Virus record (IMG/VR): IMGVR_UViG_3300042309_002053 | Span: 1-59,224 of that record | Reading direction: 5' to 3' (one strand) | Origin: a virus | Taxonomy: Duplodnaviria > Caudoviricetes | DNA: 59,224 bases | Shown: piece after piece, positions 8,138 to 18,172 of the stretch | Numbering within the stretch: the stretch's first letter is position 1 | Layout: every line of letters starts with the position of its first letter | The notes under the pieces: model-generated | Told to the model about the DNA's origin: nothing | The model's input: only the letters and a program-made list of their open reading frames with translations | The model's database searches: none | Position numbers and translations under genes: made by a program

Positions 8138-10945
8138 ATGCCTACCCAAGTACAATTTAGACGCGGTACCACTGCTCAAAATAATAACTTTACCGGAGCA
8201 GCCGGTGAGTTAAGTGTTAACACCAGTAATAGCTCTATTCGTGTTCATGACGGTTCTACCCAGGGTGGTTTTGAATTAGGTAGTATGAATAGGAGCTTAC
8301 GTCAGTTTGCTTCTACAACTTCCTCAGAACTGCGTTCTGTATTGAGCGATGAAACAGGTACAGGCAATGCTGTATTCAGCCTTTCACCTACTATTTTATC
8401 GCCCACTATTGAGACATCTATTGTAGCTGGTAATACTACTTTTGATCTTGTAAACACAACCGCAACAACGGTTAATTTTGCTGGTGCTGCTACTACGCTA
8501 GAAATCGGTGCTGCTACCGGTTTAACTAATATTAACAATAATCTTGAAGTTGACGGTGATATACAGATTGATGGTGGAGACCTGACGTTTAATACGTCTA
8601 CTGCAAATATTGTTAATGCTACTTCAACCACAGTTAATTTTGCTGGAGCTGCTACCACATTAAATATAGGTGCAGTCTCTGGTACAACAACCGTAAATAA
8701 CAACCTAACTGTTGCAAGCAACTCTTTAGCTAGCAACGGTATTGTAACCAACTCATTTACCGCAGGTACTTTACAAACCTCAGGTAACGTCAACGGTAAT
8801 AATGGTAGATTTACAACTGCATTAACTGCAGCTACTCTACAGGCATCTGGCAACTTAAATGCGGCTGCTTCTTTAATTTCAGGTAATTTTAACGCTACAG
8901 GTAACGTCAACGCAGTAGACGGAAGATTTAGTACAGCCCTAACTGCTGCTACACTACAAGCCTCAGGCAACGTTAATGCTGCTGCTGGTAGAATAGCAGG
9001 TAATTTCTCAACAACCGGTGTTTTAAGAGTATCTGATACAACTGCGGCAACAGGCGAAAATACTGGAGCTGCTATAATTTCTGGCGGAGCATCTATAGGT
9101 GGTAATTTATATGTTGGAGGAAACCTGTTTATTGCGGGTACAACTACAACTGTAAATAGCAACGTCACAATTCTTGATGACCCTATACTCTATCTTGCTG
9201 ATAACAGTACCTCTGATGTACTTGATATCGGTCTAGTTGGTACATTTAATAACGGGACGCAGCAACACGGCGGCTTTATTAGAGATGCTACAGATGGTGT
9301 ATGGAAGATCTTCTCTAACGTTGTGCCTGAACCTAACATTAATGGTACGGTAGATTTTACCAGTGCTACCTATGACGCTGTTAGAATGGGTGCATTAACA
9401 GCCACCAGCGGTACATTCTCTAGCACTATTTCGGCTACATCATCTAACGTTAACGCATCAAGCGCACTGTTCACAGGTAGTGTAACAGGTGGAACTTTAC
9501 AAACGACCGGTAACTTAAACGCTGCAGCAGGACTGATTTCAGGTAACTTTAATGCTACTGGCGCTGTAAACGCCGCTAGCATGCGTGTTGGTTCTTCTGG
9601 ACTAACCTTATTAGGCTCTACAAGCGGTACTATCGCCCTTCAACCTACCTCTACTGCTGGTACAACAACCATTACATTACCTGCTACAACAGGTACAGTA
9701 GTTACAACCGGGGATTCTGGTACCGTTACTAGTACCATGATTGCTGATGGTACTATCGTAAACGCTGATATTAATGCATCGGCTGCAATTGCGGTCTCTA
9801 AATTAGCGGCTTCTACTATTTCTGGGGTCACACTAGGTAATAACCTTAATACCTTAACACTAGCTACATCCGGAACCGGTTTGAGTGGATCTACCACATA
9901 CAATGGTTCAGGGGCTGCGACATTTACTGTTACTAGTAACGCTACGAGCGCTAACACCGGAAGTGCAATAGTTGCTAGAGATTCTTCAGGTAATTTTAGC
10001 GCTGGTACGATAACAGCTACGTTAAGCGGTACTGCTACACAAGTATCTAATTCTCTTACTGCAGGTACAGGTTTATCAGGTACCGCGTTTAATGGTTCAG
10101 GTGCTCAGACCTGGACCTTAGCTACTTCAGGGGTAACTGCAGGGACATATGGGGGTGCCGGTACAGTACCAGTTTACACCGTTGATGTTTATGGGCGTAA
10201 AACTTCAGCATCTAACGTAGCTATTGGTGGATCCTTGACCGGCATAACCGGGGTTGGTACTATTTCAACCGGTACCTGGCAAGGCTCATCAATTAGTACC
10301 ACATATACGGATGCAAAAGTAACAGCTGTTAACGCCGGTACCGGTATATCTGTTAACCAGACGACAGGGTCATTAACCGTAACAAACTCTGGTGTTACGA
10401 GCTTGGTAGCTGGTACTAATATTTCTATAAGCGGTAGTACCGGAGCCGTAACGGTGAACGTATCTGGTACAGTAGCAGCTGCGACTAATGCAACTAATTC
10501 TTCTAACTCTGCGGTTACCGATGATACTACGACGAACGCTACTCATTACCCTAACTTTGTAGCAGGAACATCTGGCAATCAAGCTGAGAAAGTATCTAGT
10601 ACCAAGCTAACATTTAATCCTTCCTCTGGTCTGCTAACTTCCACCGATTATAACTCTTCTTCTGATAAGAGACTTAAGTCTAATATTAAGACTGTTGAAG
10701 GTGCTCTTGATAAGGTAAATAGCTTGAGAGGTGTTACCTTCAAATGGAAAGAAGGTGGTAGTGACTCTATAGGTCTTATCGCTCAAGAAGTACAGAAGGT
10801 CATTCCTGAAGTAGTTACCAAGGATGACAATGGTTACCTGGGTATTCGCTACACCAACATTATTGGTGTACTAGTCGAAGCTATTAAAGAACAACAAGAC
10901 CAAATAAATACATTGAAGAAACAAATCGAGAAATTAAATGGCTAA
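8138..10945 (+). CDS. Tail fibre protein, Mtd_N-like N-terminus and C-terminal intramolecular chaperone (peptidase S74)
   Basis: MPTQVQFRRGTTAQNNNFTGAAGEL; C-terminal SSDKRLKSNIK...GLIAQEV...Y..IIGVLVEAIKE coiled coil. Confidence 0.85.
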   Translation: MPTQVQFRRGTTAQNNNFTGAAGELSVNTSNSSIRVHDGSTQGGFELGSMNRSLRQFASTTSSELRSVLSDETGTGNAVFSLSPTILSPTIETSIVAGNTTFDLVNTTATTVNFAGAATTLEIGAATGLTNINNNLEVDGDIQIDGGDLTFNTSTANIVNATSTTVNFAGAATTLNIGAVSGTTTVNNNLTVASNSLASNGIVTNSFTAGTLQTSGNVNGNNGRFTTALTAATLQASGNLNAAASLISGNFNATGNVNAVDGRFSTALTAATLQASGNVNAAAGRIAGNFSTTGVLRVSDTTAATGENTGAAIISGGASIGGNLYVGGNLFIAGTTTTVNSNVTILDDPILYLADNSTSDVLDIGLVGTFNNGTQQHGGFIRDATDGVWKIFSNVVPEPNINGTVDFTSATYDAVRMGALTATSGTFSSTISATSSNVNASSALFTGSVTGGTLQTTGNLNAAAGLISGNFNATGAVNAASMRVGSSGLTLLGSTSGTIALQPTSTAGTTTITLPATTGTVVTTGDSGTVTSTMIADGTIVNADINASAAIAVSKLAASTISGVTLGNNLNTLTLATSGTGLSGSTTYNGSGAATFTVTSNATSANTGSAIVARDSSGNFSAGTITATLSGTATQVSNSLTAGTGLSGTAFNGSGAQTWTLATSGVTAGTYGGAGTVPVYTVDVYGRKTSASNVAIGGSLTGITGVGTISTGTWQGSSISTTYTDAKVTAVNAGTGISVNQTTGSLTVTNSGVTSLVAGTNISISGSTGAVTVNVSGTVAAATNATNSSNSAVTDDTTTNATHYPNFVAGTSGNQAEKVSSTKLTFNPSSGLLTSTDYNSSSDKRLKSNIKTVEGALDKVNSLRGVTFKWKEGGSDSIGLIAQEVQKVIPEVVTKDDNGYLGIRYTNIIGVLVEAIKEQQDQINTLKKQIEKLNG

Positions 10946-11891
10946 TCCATCAAGTAGACAAGGGTTAATTGATTATTGCCTCAGACAGCTGGGGCACCCT
11001 GTACTCGAGATTAATATTGATGATGATCAATTAGAAGACAGAATAGATGAAGCGTTTCAGTTCTACCGTGATTTTCACTATGATGCAACTGAAAAAGTTT
11101 ATAAAAAAGTATTAATTGAAGCTTCTTTAATACAAATAACCGGTATTAATGCTTCTTCTTATTCTATTGGTGAAAAAGTAACGGGTGCTTCTTCGGGCGC
11201 TACTGCATTCGTATATGCAAACGTGTCCGGAAATAGGTTTAAAGTTTATAAAGTAGCTGGTACGTTTACCGCCGGGGAAACTATTACCGGCGGGACCACC
11301 GGAACCATTTCTACACTTTCAAGTATTACACTGGGTAATTATGACAACAAATATATTACCTTAGATGATTCTTTCTTCGGTGTAGAGAGAATATTACAGT
11401 TGTCAAATAAGACCTCGGGCATGGGTATGTTTGACGTGCGTTATCAGCTGTTATTAAACAACATACAGTCTCTAACCAACACAGATATAATTTATTACAG
11501 TCAGCTTAAGACTCACCTCAATCTTATAAATGACCTAATGACCGGTCAGAAACCGGTTAGATTTAATCGACATATGAACAGATTGTTCATTGACATGGAT
11601 TGGTCTTATGATGTGGTTGTAGGGGATTATATTATTGTAGAAGGCTGGCAGTTCTTAGATCCAGATACCTACACCGATGTTTATAATGACGGCTTTTTAA
11701 AGCGTTATGCAACTGCTTTAATCAAACGCCAGTGGGGAACCAATTTAAAGAAATTCGAAGGTGTACAGCTTCCCGGAGGTGTGACTCTTAACGGTCAAAA
11801 GATCTTCGATGAAGCCATGGAAGAGATAGCAAATCTTAAAGATGAGGGTAAAAATACCTATCAATTACCGATAGATTTTTTTACAGGCTAA
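10938..11891 (+). CDS. gp13: Neck protein
   Basis: LIDYCLRQLGHPVLEINIDDDQ; YATALIKRQWGTNLKKFEGVQLPGGVTLNG; T4-like synteny. Confidence 0.92.
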   Translation: MANPSSRQGLIDYCLRQLGHPVLEINIDDDQLEDRIDEAFQFYRDFHYDATEKVYKKVLIEASLIQITGINASSYSIGEKVTGASSGATAFVYANVSGNRFKVYKVAGTFTAGETITGGTTGTISTLSSITLGNYDNKYITLDDSFFGVERILQLSNKTSGMGMFDVRYQLLLNNIQSLTNTDIIYYSQLKTHLNLINDLMTGQKPVRFNRHMNRLFIDMDWSYDVVVGDYIIVEGWQFLDPDTYTDVYNDGFLKRYATALIKRQWGTNLKKFEGVQLPGGVTLNGQKIFDEAMEEIANLKDEGKNTYQLPIDFFTG

Positions 11892-11958
11892 TTCTCAACA
11901 GCCCACATATGGATTTTAACATCAAGGCAATAGCTGCTCCACATAGAAGATACCAATA

Positions 11959-12702
11959 ATGGCAACCAATTTTTATTTTCAATCTGGTATACCGGGTGGT
12001 AGATCATCAGAGCAGTTATTAGTAGAAGATCTTATAATAGAATGCCTGAAGATATACGGCTTTGATGTATACTATATTCCGCGTAAATCGGTAAGTGAAG
12101 ATTTAATTCTCGGGGAAGATAACCTTAACAGGTTTGATGCTGCTTATCCGTTAGAGATGTACCTTCAGAATACCAACGGGTTTGAGGGTGACGGTGATCT
12201 GATGACTAAGTTTGGTGTGGAAATCAGAGATACTGCTACTTTTATTGTCGCAAGAAGACGCTGGGATGAGGTTATAGCTCGATCGGGTGAAGCTGTTCTC
12301 ACCACAAGACCGGCCGAAGGGGATATTTTATACTTTCCGCTAACCAAAGCTTTCTTTGAAATAAAATTCGTTGAATCTAAAGATCCCTTCTTCCAGGTTG
12401 GTAAACTATATGTTTACAAGCTTGAATGTGAATTAATGCAGTACGGTTCAGAGAAGTTTAATACTGGCATCAGTGATATTGACGATTCTGCATCAGAGAA
12501 GTCCGTTGATATTAACGAATTTAATGTACTGCTTGAAAACGGTAATAGACTGCTATTAGAGTACTTTACACCGTCTTCTCTCATATTAGAGAATTACGAG
12601 GTTAGAGATATTCTGCCTAATGCGCAGAATGAAGACTTTACCGATAATATTAACGTGTTAGATTTCACCGAAACTAATCCGTTCGGAGAAATAAATGCTT
12701 AA
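11959..12702 (+). CDS. gp14: Neck protein
   Basis: EQLLVEDLIIE..KIYG.DVYYIPR; RPAEGDILYFP; FTETNPFGE. Confidence 0.92.
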   Translation: MATNFYFQSGIPGGRSSEQLLVEDLIIECLKIYGFDVYYIPRKSVSEDLILGEDNLNRFDAAYPLEMYLQNTNGFEGDGDLMTKFGVEIRDTATFIVARRRWDEVIARSGEAVLTTRPAEGDILYFPLTKAFFEIKFVESKDPFFQVGKLYVYKLECELMQYGSEKFNTGISDIDDSASEKSVDINEFNVLLENGNRLLLEYFTPSSLILENYEVRDILPNAQNEDFTDNINVLDFTETNPFGEINA

Positions 12703-13447
12703 TCAAAAATTTTACTGGGGTACCATTAGAAAGTCTGTAATTGCTTTTGGTAACCTGTTTAACAATATTCATATTGATAGAAGAAATGATAATGGTGAAG
12801 TTGTACAAACTTTAAAAGTACCTTTATCATACGCCCCAAAAAGCAAGTTTTTAGCTAGAATAGCAGCTCAGCCACAGAGCTTTGAACAGAGCTTTCAGAC
12901 GTTTCTTCCTAGACTAGCATTTGAGATGACCGGTATAGTTTATGATCCTGGTCGAAGAATAAGTTTGGTGCAGCAAAACAGAGCGGTAAATTCTACCTCT
13001 ACGACTTTAAATGCACAGTACGCCCCGACACCATATAACATTAATATGATGTTGTACTGCTATACAAAAGATCAAGATGACGGGCTGCAAATTATTGAGC
13101 AAATATTACCCTACTTTAACCCTGACTTTAACTTATCGTTAAATGCTATCCCTGCACTGGGCATAAAAAATGACTTACCTATCATTCTTGATAGTGTATC
13201 TTATGATGATAATTATGAAGCGGACTTTAATTTAAGAAGAGCTATTATTTGGACATTAAGCTTTACAATGAAACTCAATTTCTTCGGGCCAATTAATAAA
13301 CAGGGCATTATTCGCACTACTACTGTTAACACATTTAGTGACCCTGCGCTTTCTAAAAAGCAACAAACATACAGTGCTCAAGTTGACCCCAATACCGCCA
13401 TTCCCGGGGATGATATTGACGTATTAGAGACATTTGAGGATTTTTAA
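12695..13447 (+). CDS. gp15: Tail sheath stabiliser / completion protein
   Basis: FGNLFNNI, KVPLSYAPK.KF, LPRLAFE, LQIIEQILPYFNP. Confidence 0.92.
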   Translation: MLNQKFYWGTIRKSVIAFGNLFNNIHIDRRNDNGEVVQTLKVPLSYAPKSKFLARIAAQPQSFEQSFQTFLPRLAFEMTGIVYDPGRRISLVQQNRAVNSTSTTLNAQYAPTPYNINMMLYCYTKDQDDGLQIIEQILPYFNPDFNLSLNAIPALGIKNDLPIILDSVSYDDNYEADFNLRRAIIWTLSFTMKLNFFGPINKQGIIRTTTVNTFSDPALSKKQQTYSAQVDPNTAIPGDDIDVLETFEDF

Positions 13448-13851
13448 TGAAGTCATTTGAAAAAATTAACGACGTATTCAATATAGATACGCCTGTTAAT
13501 ACCCCTTTAGAAATTGTACCCCCAGCAGCTTCTTCTGCTTTAGAGCAAGAAGATGACTTTGCCTTAGCCAGAAACACTTTACGCAATCTTATTAATAAAA
13601 ACGAAGATGTAATTACTGAGTTAATTCACATTTCTAAAAACTCAGAGCATCCGAGAGCCTATGAGGTTGTAGGACAGCTAGTCAAAGCACAATCTGATAT
13701 AGCAAAAGATCTTATTAATCTACATAAACAGAAAAAAGATATTACTGGTGAAGAGCCTCAAAAAATAAGTACGCAAAACAATATAGTATTTGCTGGTTCT
13801 ACTTCCGATCTTATGAAGCTTATTAGCGCTCAGAAAGCTAAAGCAAATTGA
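13447..13851 (+). CDS. gp16: Terminase small subunit
   Basis: DDFALARNTL..SEHPRAYEV..NIVFAGSTSDL; directly before gp17. Confidence 0.88.
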   Translation: MKSFEKINDVFNIDTPVNTPLEIVPPAASSALEQEDDFALARNTLRNLINKNEDVITELIHISKNSEHPRAYEVVGQLVKAQSDIAKDLINLHKQKKDITGEEPQKISTQNNIVFAGSTSDLMKLISAQKAKAN

Positions 13852-15509
13852 CACAAAATAAAAATTCCTATAACGGTAACCGCTCTCTTAAACAAATTGG
13901 ATATTCAATCCAGTACACGTATGAGCAGGTTCAAGAGTTAATGAAGTGTAAGGATGATCCAAAGTACTTCATTAAAACTTATTGTAAGATCGTTTCACTT
14001 GATAGTGAACAGCTAATACCATTCGAGCTTTTCGGATATCAGGAAAAGTTTATTGATGTTATACAAAATAACCGTAAAGTTATCAGTATGCAGCCCAGAC
14101 AGATGGGTAAGTCTCAAACCGTAGCTGCTTATATTCTCTGGTATACTTTATTTAACAATAATAAGACCGTCGCTATTCTGGCATATAAATCAGATGCTGC
14201 AATGGAAATTCTTTCTCGTTACCAGTTAATGTATGAGAATGTGCCTATCTGGATGCAGCAAGGTATTAAGACATGGAATAAAGGCGACGTAGAATTAGAG
14301 AATGGTTCCTCTGTATTCACTGCTGCAACTTCTTCAGCTGGTATTCGCGGTAAGTCGGTTAACTTGCTATATGTCGACGAGGTGGCAATTGTTCCTAACA
14401 ACATTGCTGAACAATTCTTCACCTCTGTATACCCCGTAGTTTCCGCAGGTGAGACTACCAAAATTATTCTAACTTCTACCCCTTTAGGTTATAACCATTT
14501 TTGGAAGTTTTGGAATGATGCAGAAAGCGGGGCTAATGGTTTTAAACATCTTAGAGTTGAATATTCCGAGCATCCGAAACGCGACGCTAAATGGGCTGCA
14601 GAACAAAAAGCACTACTGGGTGAAGTTAAATTTAATCAGGAAGTATTATGCGCGTTCCTTGGATCGTCGAACACACTTATCTCCCCAGATACTATAGCTC
14701 GTCTGTCACCAAAACCATACGTTTTTGCGAAGGATAATTTAGATGTTCTGGAAGAACCTAGAAAAGGTCATTCTTACTTTATTTCAGTCGATACATCAAG
14801 GGGAGTTGAGCGTGATTTTTCAGCATTCACAGTTATCGATACTACCGAGTATCCATTTACACTAGTAGCTAAATATAGAGATAATAAAATTAGCCCTTTG
14901 CTGTATCCTAGCGTAGTACATAAGATTGCTAAAGACTATAATAATGCATATGTTATGGTTGAGATCAACGACATCGGACAGCAAATTGCTGATATCATGC
15001 ATAACGATTTGGAATATGAAAATATGTTATGGGTTGGTAGTGATTCGAAATACGGCCAACACATATCCAGTTCCGGTAGAGATGCTAAATTAGGTGTAAG
15101 AACAACAAAACAAGTTAAAAGTATTGGCTGCGCTACACTTAAATCTTTAGTTGAAAATAACAAATTACTAGTTTTTGATAAGGATATAATTTCTGAGTTT
15201 TCAACTTTTGTGGAAACAAAAGGAACCTTTAAAGCTGATGAAGGTTACAACGACGATTTAACCATGACATTAGTTCTTTTTGGGTGGGCTTCTAATGACC
15301 CTCTTTTTAAAGACTTAATGAATGCAAACAATCGCGATGCACTGTTCAAACAGCAAATGATCAATATTGAAGAAGAACTCACACCATTTGGTTATATTGA
15401 CAACGGAATGCCTGAAGAACTTAGACCGGAAGTCATAGATGGTGATCTTTGGTTTACAGATCAGTATCAGGCAAGCTTAAAAGAGTTTGTTGAAAGCAAA
15501 ACATGGTAG
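13848..15509 (+). CDS. gp17: Terminase large subunit
   Basis: PRQMGKS Walker A, LLYVDE Walker B, TSTPLG, VDTSRG...DDL nuclease motifs; TTG start overlaps the gp16 stop. Confidence 0.95.
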   Translation: MTQNKNSYNGNRSLKQIGYSIQYTYEQVQELMKCKDDPKYFIKTYCKIVSLDSEQLIPFELFGYQEKFIDVIQNNRKVISMQPRQMGKSQTVAAYILWYTLFNNNKTVAILAYKSDAAMEILSRYQLMYENVPIWMQQGIKTWNKGDVELENGSSVFTAATSSAGIRGKSVNLLYVDEVAIVPNNIAEQFFTSVYPVVSAGETTKIILTSTPLGYNHFWKFWNDAESGANGFKHLRVEYSEHPKRDAKWAAEQKALLGEVKFNQEVLCAFLGSSNTLISPDTIARLSPKPYVFAKDNLDVLEEPRKGHSYFISVDTSRGVERDFSAFTVIDTTEYPFTLVAKYRDNKISPLLYPSVVHKIAKDYNNAYVMVEINDIGQQIADIMHNDLEYENMLWVGSDSKYGQHISSSGRDAKLGVRTTKQVKSIGCATLKSLVENNKLLVFDKDIISEFSTFVETKGTFKADEGYNDDLTMTLVLFGWASNDPLFKDLMNANNRDALFKQQMINIEEELTPFGYIDNGMPEELRPEVIDGDLWFTDQYQASLKEFVESKTW

Positions 15510-15526
15510 CTCTAAATATCAGGATT

Positions 15527-15534
15527 AATAAATA
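15527..15534 (+). promoter_or_regulatory. T4-type late promoter (variant)
   Basis: AATAAATA upstream of the gp18 RBS. Confidence 0.65.
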
Positions 15535-15581
15535 TCCATGTAAATTTTGTTATGAAACACTAACATTATAAGGAGAAGAAG

Positions 15582-17555
15582 ATGGCATTTCAGCTTTCAC
15601 CAGGAGTATTAGTAACCGAGAAGGACCTGACATCGGTCGTTCCCGCAGTTGCTACTACCGCGGGCGGTTTTGCTGGCGCCTTCCAATGGGGACCCGTAGA
15701 CCAGGTTACTACAGTAGATTCGGAAAATAATCTCGTTGAGAGATTTGGTAAGCCAAACGACACCACATTTAAGTCGTTCTTTACCGCAGCCAACTTCCTA
15801 TCTTATGGTAACAACCTTCAGGTAATCCGCGTTGTAGATAAGAGCGCTGCAAAGAACGCCGTTTCAGGTTTATCAAACGTCATAGCAATAACTGCTGTAA
15901 ACGTTTCGGGTGGGGGCTATACAGCTGCTGCTCAGGCCAACACCACAATTACATTTACAACTACAGGCGTATTTCAACCAACTGTTAATGCTACAGCTAC
16001 GTTAGAATACAGCGGTCAAAATGTAGACTCGATTACTATCGTGACCCGTGGGGTAGGTTATACCAAGGCCGTAAGAGACAACACTACAGTTACTATTGCA
16101 ACTACAGGTGCTGTACAACCTACAACCAACGCTACTGCAACTATTGGCTACACACAATTTGACGATGATGCAATTTTAATTAAGAACGAAGACGATTATA
16201 TTTCTAACGCGTCTGATGGCTCAAAGAATGTTGGTGAGTTTGTAGCTAAGTATCCTGGTGTACTTGGCAACTCACTAAAAATTTCAATGTGTGACGGGTC
16301 TACCTGGTCAGAGTGGGACTTTGCAAGCAATTTCGATGATGCCCCTGGTACTTCTTCATATGCTGCGTCTGTGGGCGGTGCTCACGATGAAATGCACATC
16401 ATCGTTATTGATGAAGATGGCGCATGGACAGGTGAGCGTAATGCAGTCTTAGAAAAGTTCGCTTTTGTTTCTAAAGCTTCAGACGCTAAGCGCTCTGATG
16501 GCTCATCGGCATACTACAAAGATGTAATTAACAACACATCCAAGTATATCTGGTGGACAGACCATACAACTGTAACCTTATCTGGTACGACCTGGGGATC
16601 ACAAGCGTCTGGCGCAACATTTGCTAACTTACAGCACGAAGTAAATATCTCATTACTTGGTGGTGTCTCAGCCGATGCTCCTACTGCCGGAAACATTCAG
16701 TCAGCTCTATCTATCCTAGCTAACGACGAAGCGTACGACATTTCTTTACTACCTCTGGGTGAAGCCGATACAGCTACTGTAAACTTCGCCATTGGTAGCG
16801 TTGCTGAAGTAAGAAAAGACTGCGTGGTATTTGCATCACCTGAAATGGCTGATGTTGTGGACAATGCAGGATCAGAAGCTACTGATGTTACCGCTTTCAG
16901 AGATACCCTGACAGCTAGCTCATATGCTGTTCTGGACTCTGGCTGGAAGTATCAGTACGATCGCTATAACGACAAGTATCGCTGGGTACCATTAAACGGT
17001 GACACAGCTGGTCTTGCTGTTCGTACCGACTTCGTAGCCGACCCATGGTTCTCTCCTGCTGGTTTCAACCGCGGTCAAGTTAAGAATGTTGTTAAGCTCG
17101 CTTATTCACCAAGCAAGACAGACAGAGACACGCTGTACAAGAAGGGTGTTAACCCAATAGTTTCGTTCCCTGGTCAGGGTACCGTACTATTCGGGGATAA
17201 GACTCTACTTGCCAAGCCTTCTGCCTTCGACAGAATTAACGTTCGTAGATTGTTCATTGTGCTTGAGAAAGCTATCGCAACCGCTGCGAAGTTCCAGCTG
17301 TTCGAATTCAACGACGCTTTCACACGTGCTCAATTCCGCAATCTAGTTGAACCGTTCTTGAGAGACGTACAAGGCCGTAGAGGTATTACCGACTTCAAGG
17401 TTGTTTGTGACGAGACTAACAATACCGGTCAAGTAATCGACCGTAATGAGTTCGTAGCAGACATCTTTGTCAAGCCAGCTCGTGCAATTAACTTCATCCA
17501 ACTGAACTTTATTGCAACACGTACTGGTATTTCATTCGAAGAAGTTGGCGCTTAA
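15582..17555 (+). CDS. gp18: Tail sheath protein
   Basis: MAFQLSPGV..E.DL; PWFSPAGFNRG; FDRINVRRLF; FIATRTG. Confidence 0.96.
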   Translation: MAFQLSPGVLVTEKDLTSVVPAVATTAGGFAGAFQWGPVDQVTTVDSENNLVERFGKPNDTTFKSFFTAANFLSYGNNLQVIRVVDKSAAKNAVSGLSNVIAITAVNVSGGGYTAAAQANTTITFTTTGVFQPTVNATATLEYSGQNVDSITIVTRGVGYTKAVRDNTTVTIATTGAVQPTTNATATIGYTQFDDDAILIKNEDDYISNASDGSKNVGEFVAKYPGVLGNSLKISMCDGSTWSEWDFASNFDDAPGTSSYAASVGGAHDEMHIIVIDEDGAWTGERNAVLEKFAFVSKASDAKRSDGSSAYYKDVINNTSKYIWWTDHTTVTLSGTTWGSQASGATFANLQHEVNISLLGGVSADAPTAGNIQSALSILANDEAYDISLLPLGEADTATVNFAIGSVAEVRKDCVVFASPEMADVVDNAGSEATDVTAFRDTLTASSYAVLDSGWKYQYDRYNDKYRWVPLNGDTAGLAVRTDFVADPWFSPAGFNRGQVKNVVKLAYSPSKTDRDTLYKKGVNPIVSFPGQGTVLFGDKTLLAKPSAFDRINVRRLFIVLEKAIATAAKFQLFEFNDAFTRAQFRNLVEPFLRDVQGRRGITDFKVVCDETNNTGQVIDRNEFVADIFVKPARAINFIQLNFIATRTGISFEEVGA

Positions 17556-17575
17556 TAGGACAAGGGAGAGAATAA

Positions 17576-18151
17576 ATGACAACATTTAACGTAGAGCGCT
17601 TTAAATCAGCTCTTACAAACGGTGGTGCTCGCCCTAATCAATTCTATGTTGAGCTTTCCTTCCCTACATACGTAGCGGGAGCCAGCATAGCAGTTGCGCG
17701 TTCGCCATTCCTAGTATCTGTAGCAGAACTTCCTGGTCAAACAGTCAACCCTGCCATTGTTCAGTATAGAGGTAGAGAAGTTAAGTTTGTTGGTGACCGT
17801 GTATACGCACCATGGACTGTAACCGTTCTAAACGACGCTGAGCTTTCTATCCGCAACGCTCTAGAGCAGTGGATGGGTGGTATGGAAGACTATGCAACCA
17901 AAATCGGTCGTCTACAACCTTCAGAATATCAACGCGATGCAAGCGTTTATCAGTTAGACAGAAATGGTAACATTCTAAAGTCTTACAAATTGGTAAATTG
18001 CTTCCCTGTTGATCTGTCACCTGTAGGCCTCGATTTCGGTGCAAACGATCAGATCTCATCATTTACTGTAACGTTCCAGTACCAGCATTTCACAACCTCT
18101 AGCAACCCGCTAGGTGGTATCGTGAATTTTGGTGGTATTTTTAACGGTTAA
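17576..18151 (+). CDS. gp19: Tail tube protein
   Basis: GGARPNQF, LPGQ, RGREVKFVGDR.YAPWTVTVLND, FTVTFQY. Confidence 0.93.
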   Translation: MTTFNVERFKSALTNGGARPNQFYVELSFPTYVAGASIAVARSPFLVSVAELPGQTVNPAIVQYRGREVKFVGDRVYAPWTVTVLNDAELSIRNALEQWMGGMEDYATKIGRLQPSEYQRDASVYQLDRNGNILKSYKLVNCFPVDLSPVGLDFGANDQISSFTVTFQYQHFTTSSNPLGGIVNFGGIFNG

Positions 18152-18172
18152 TTTACAATTTGAAATTTTATA

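Noticed and set aside
8138-8280. Mtd_N-like domain suggesting a diversity-generating retroelement
   Set aside because: No reverse transcriptase and no template/variable repeat pair seen in the window; this N-terminal module is common on ordinary fibres
5988-10582. Long antisense ORFs inside the fibre genes (e.g. 8302-9168)
   Set aside because: Shadow frames of Thr/Ala/Gly-rich coding sequence; no promoter or RBS support
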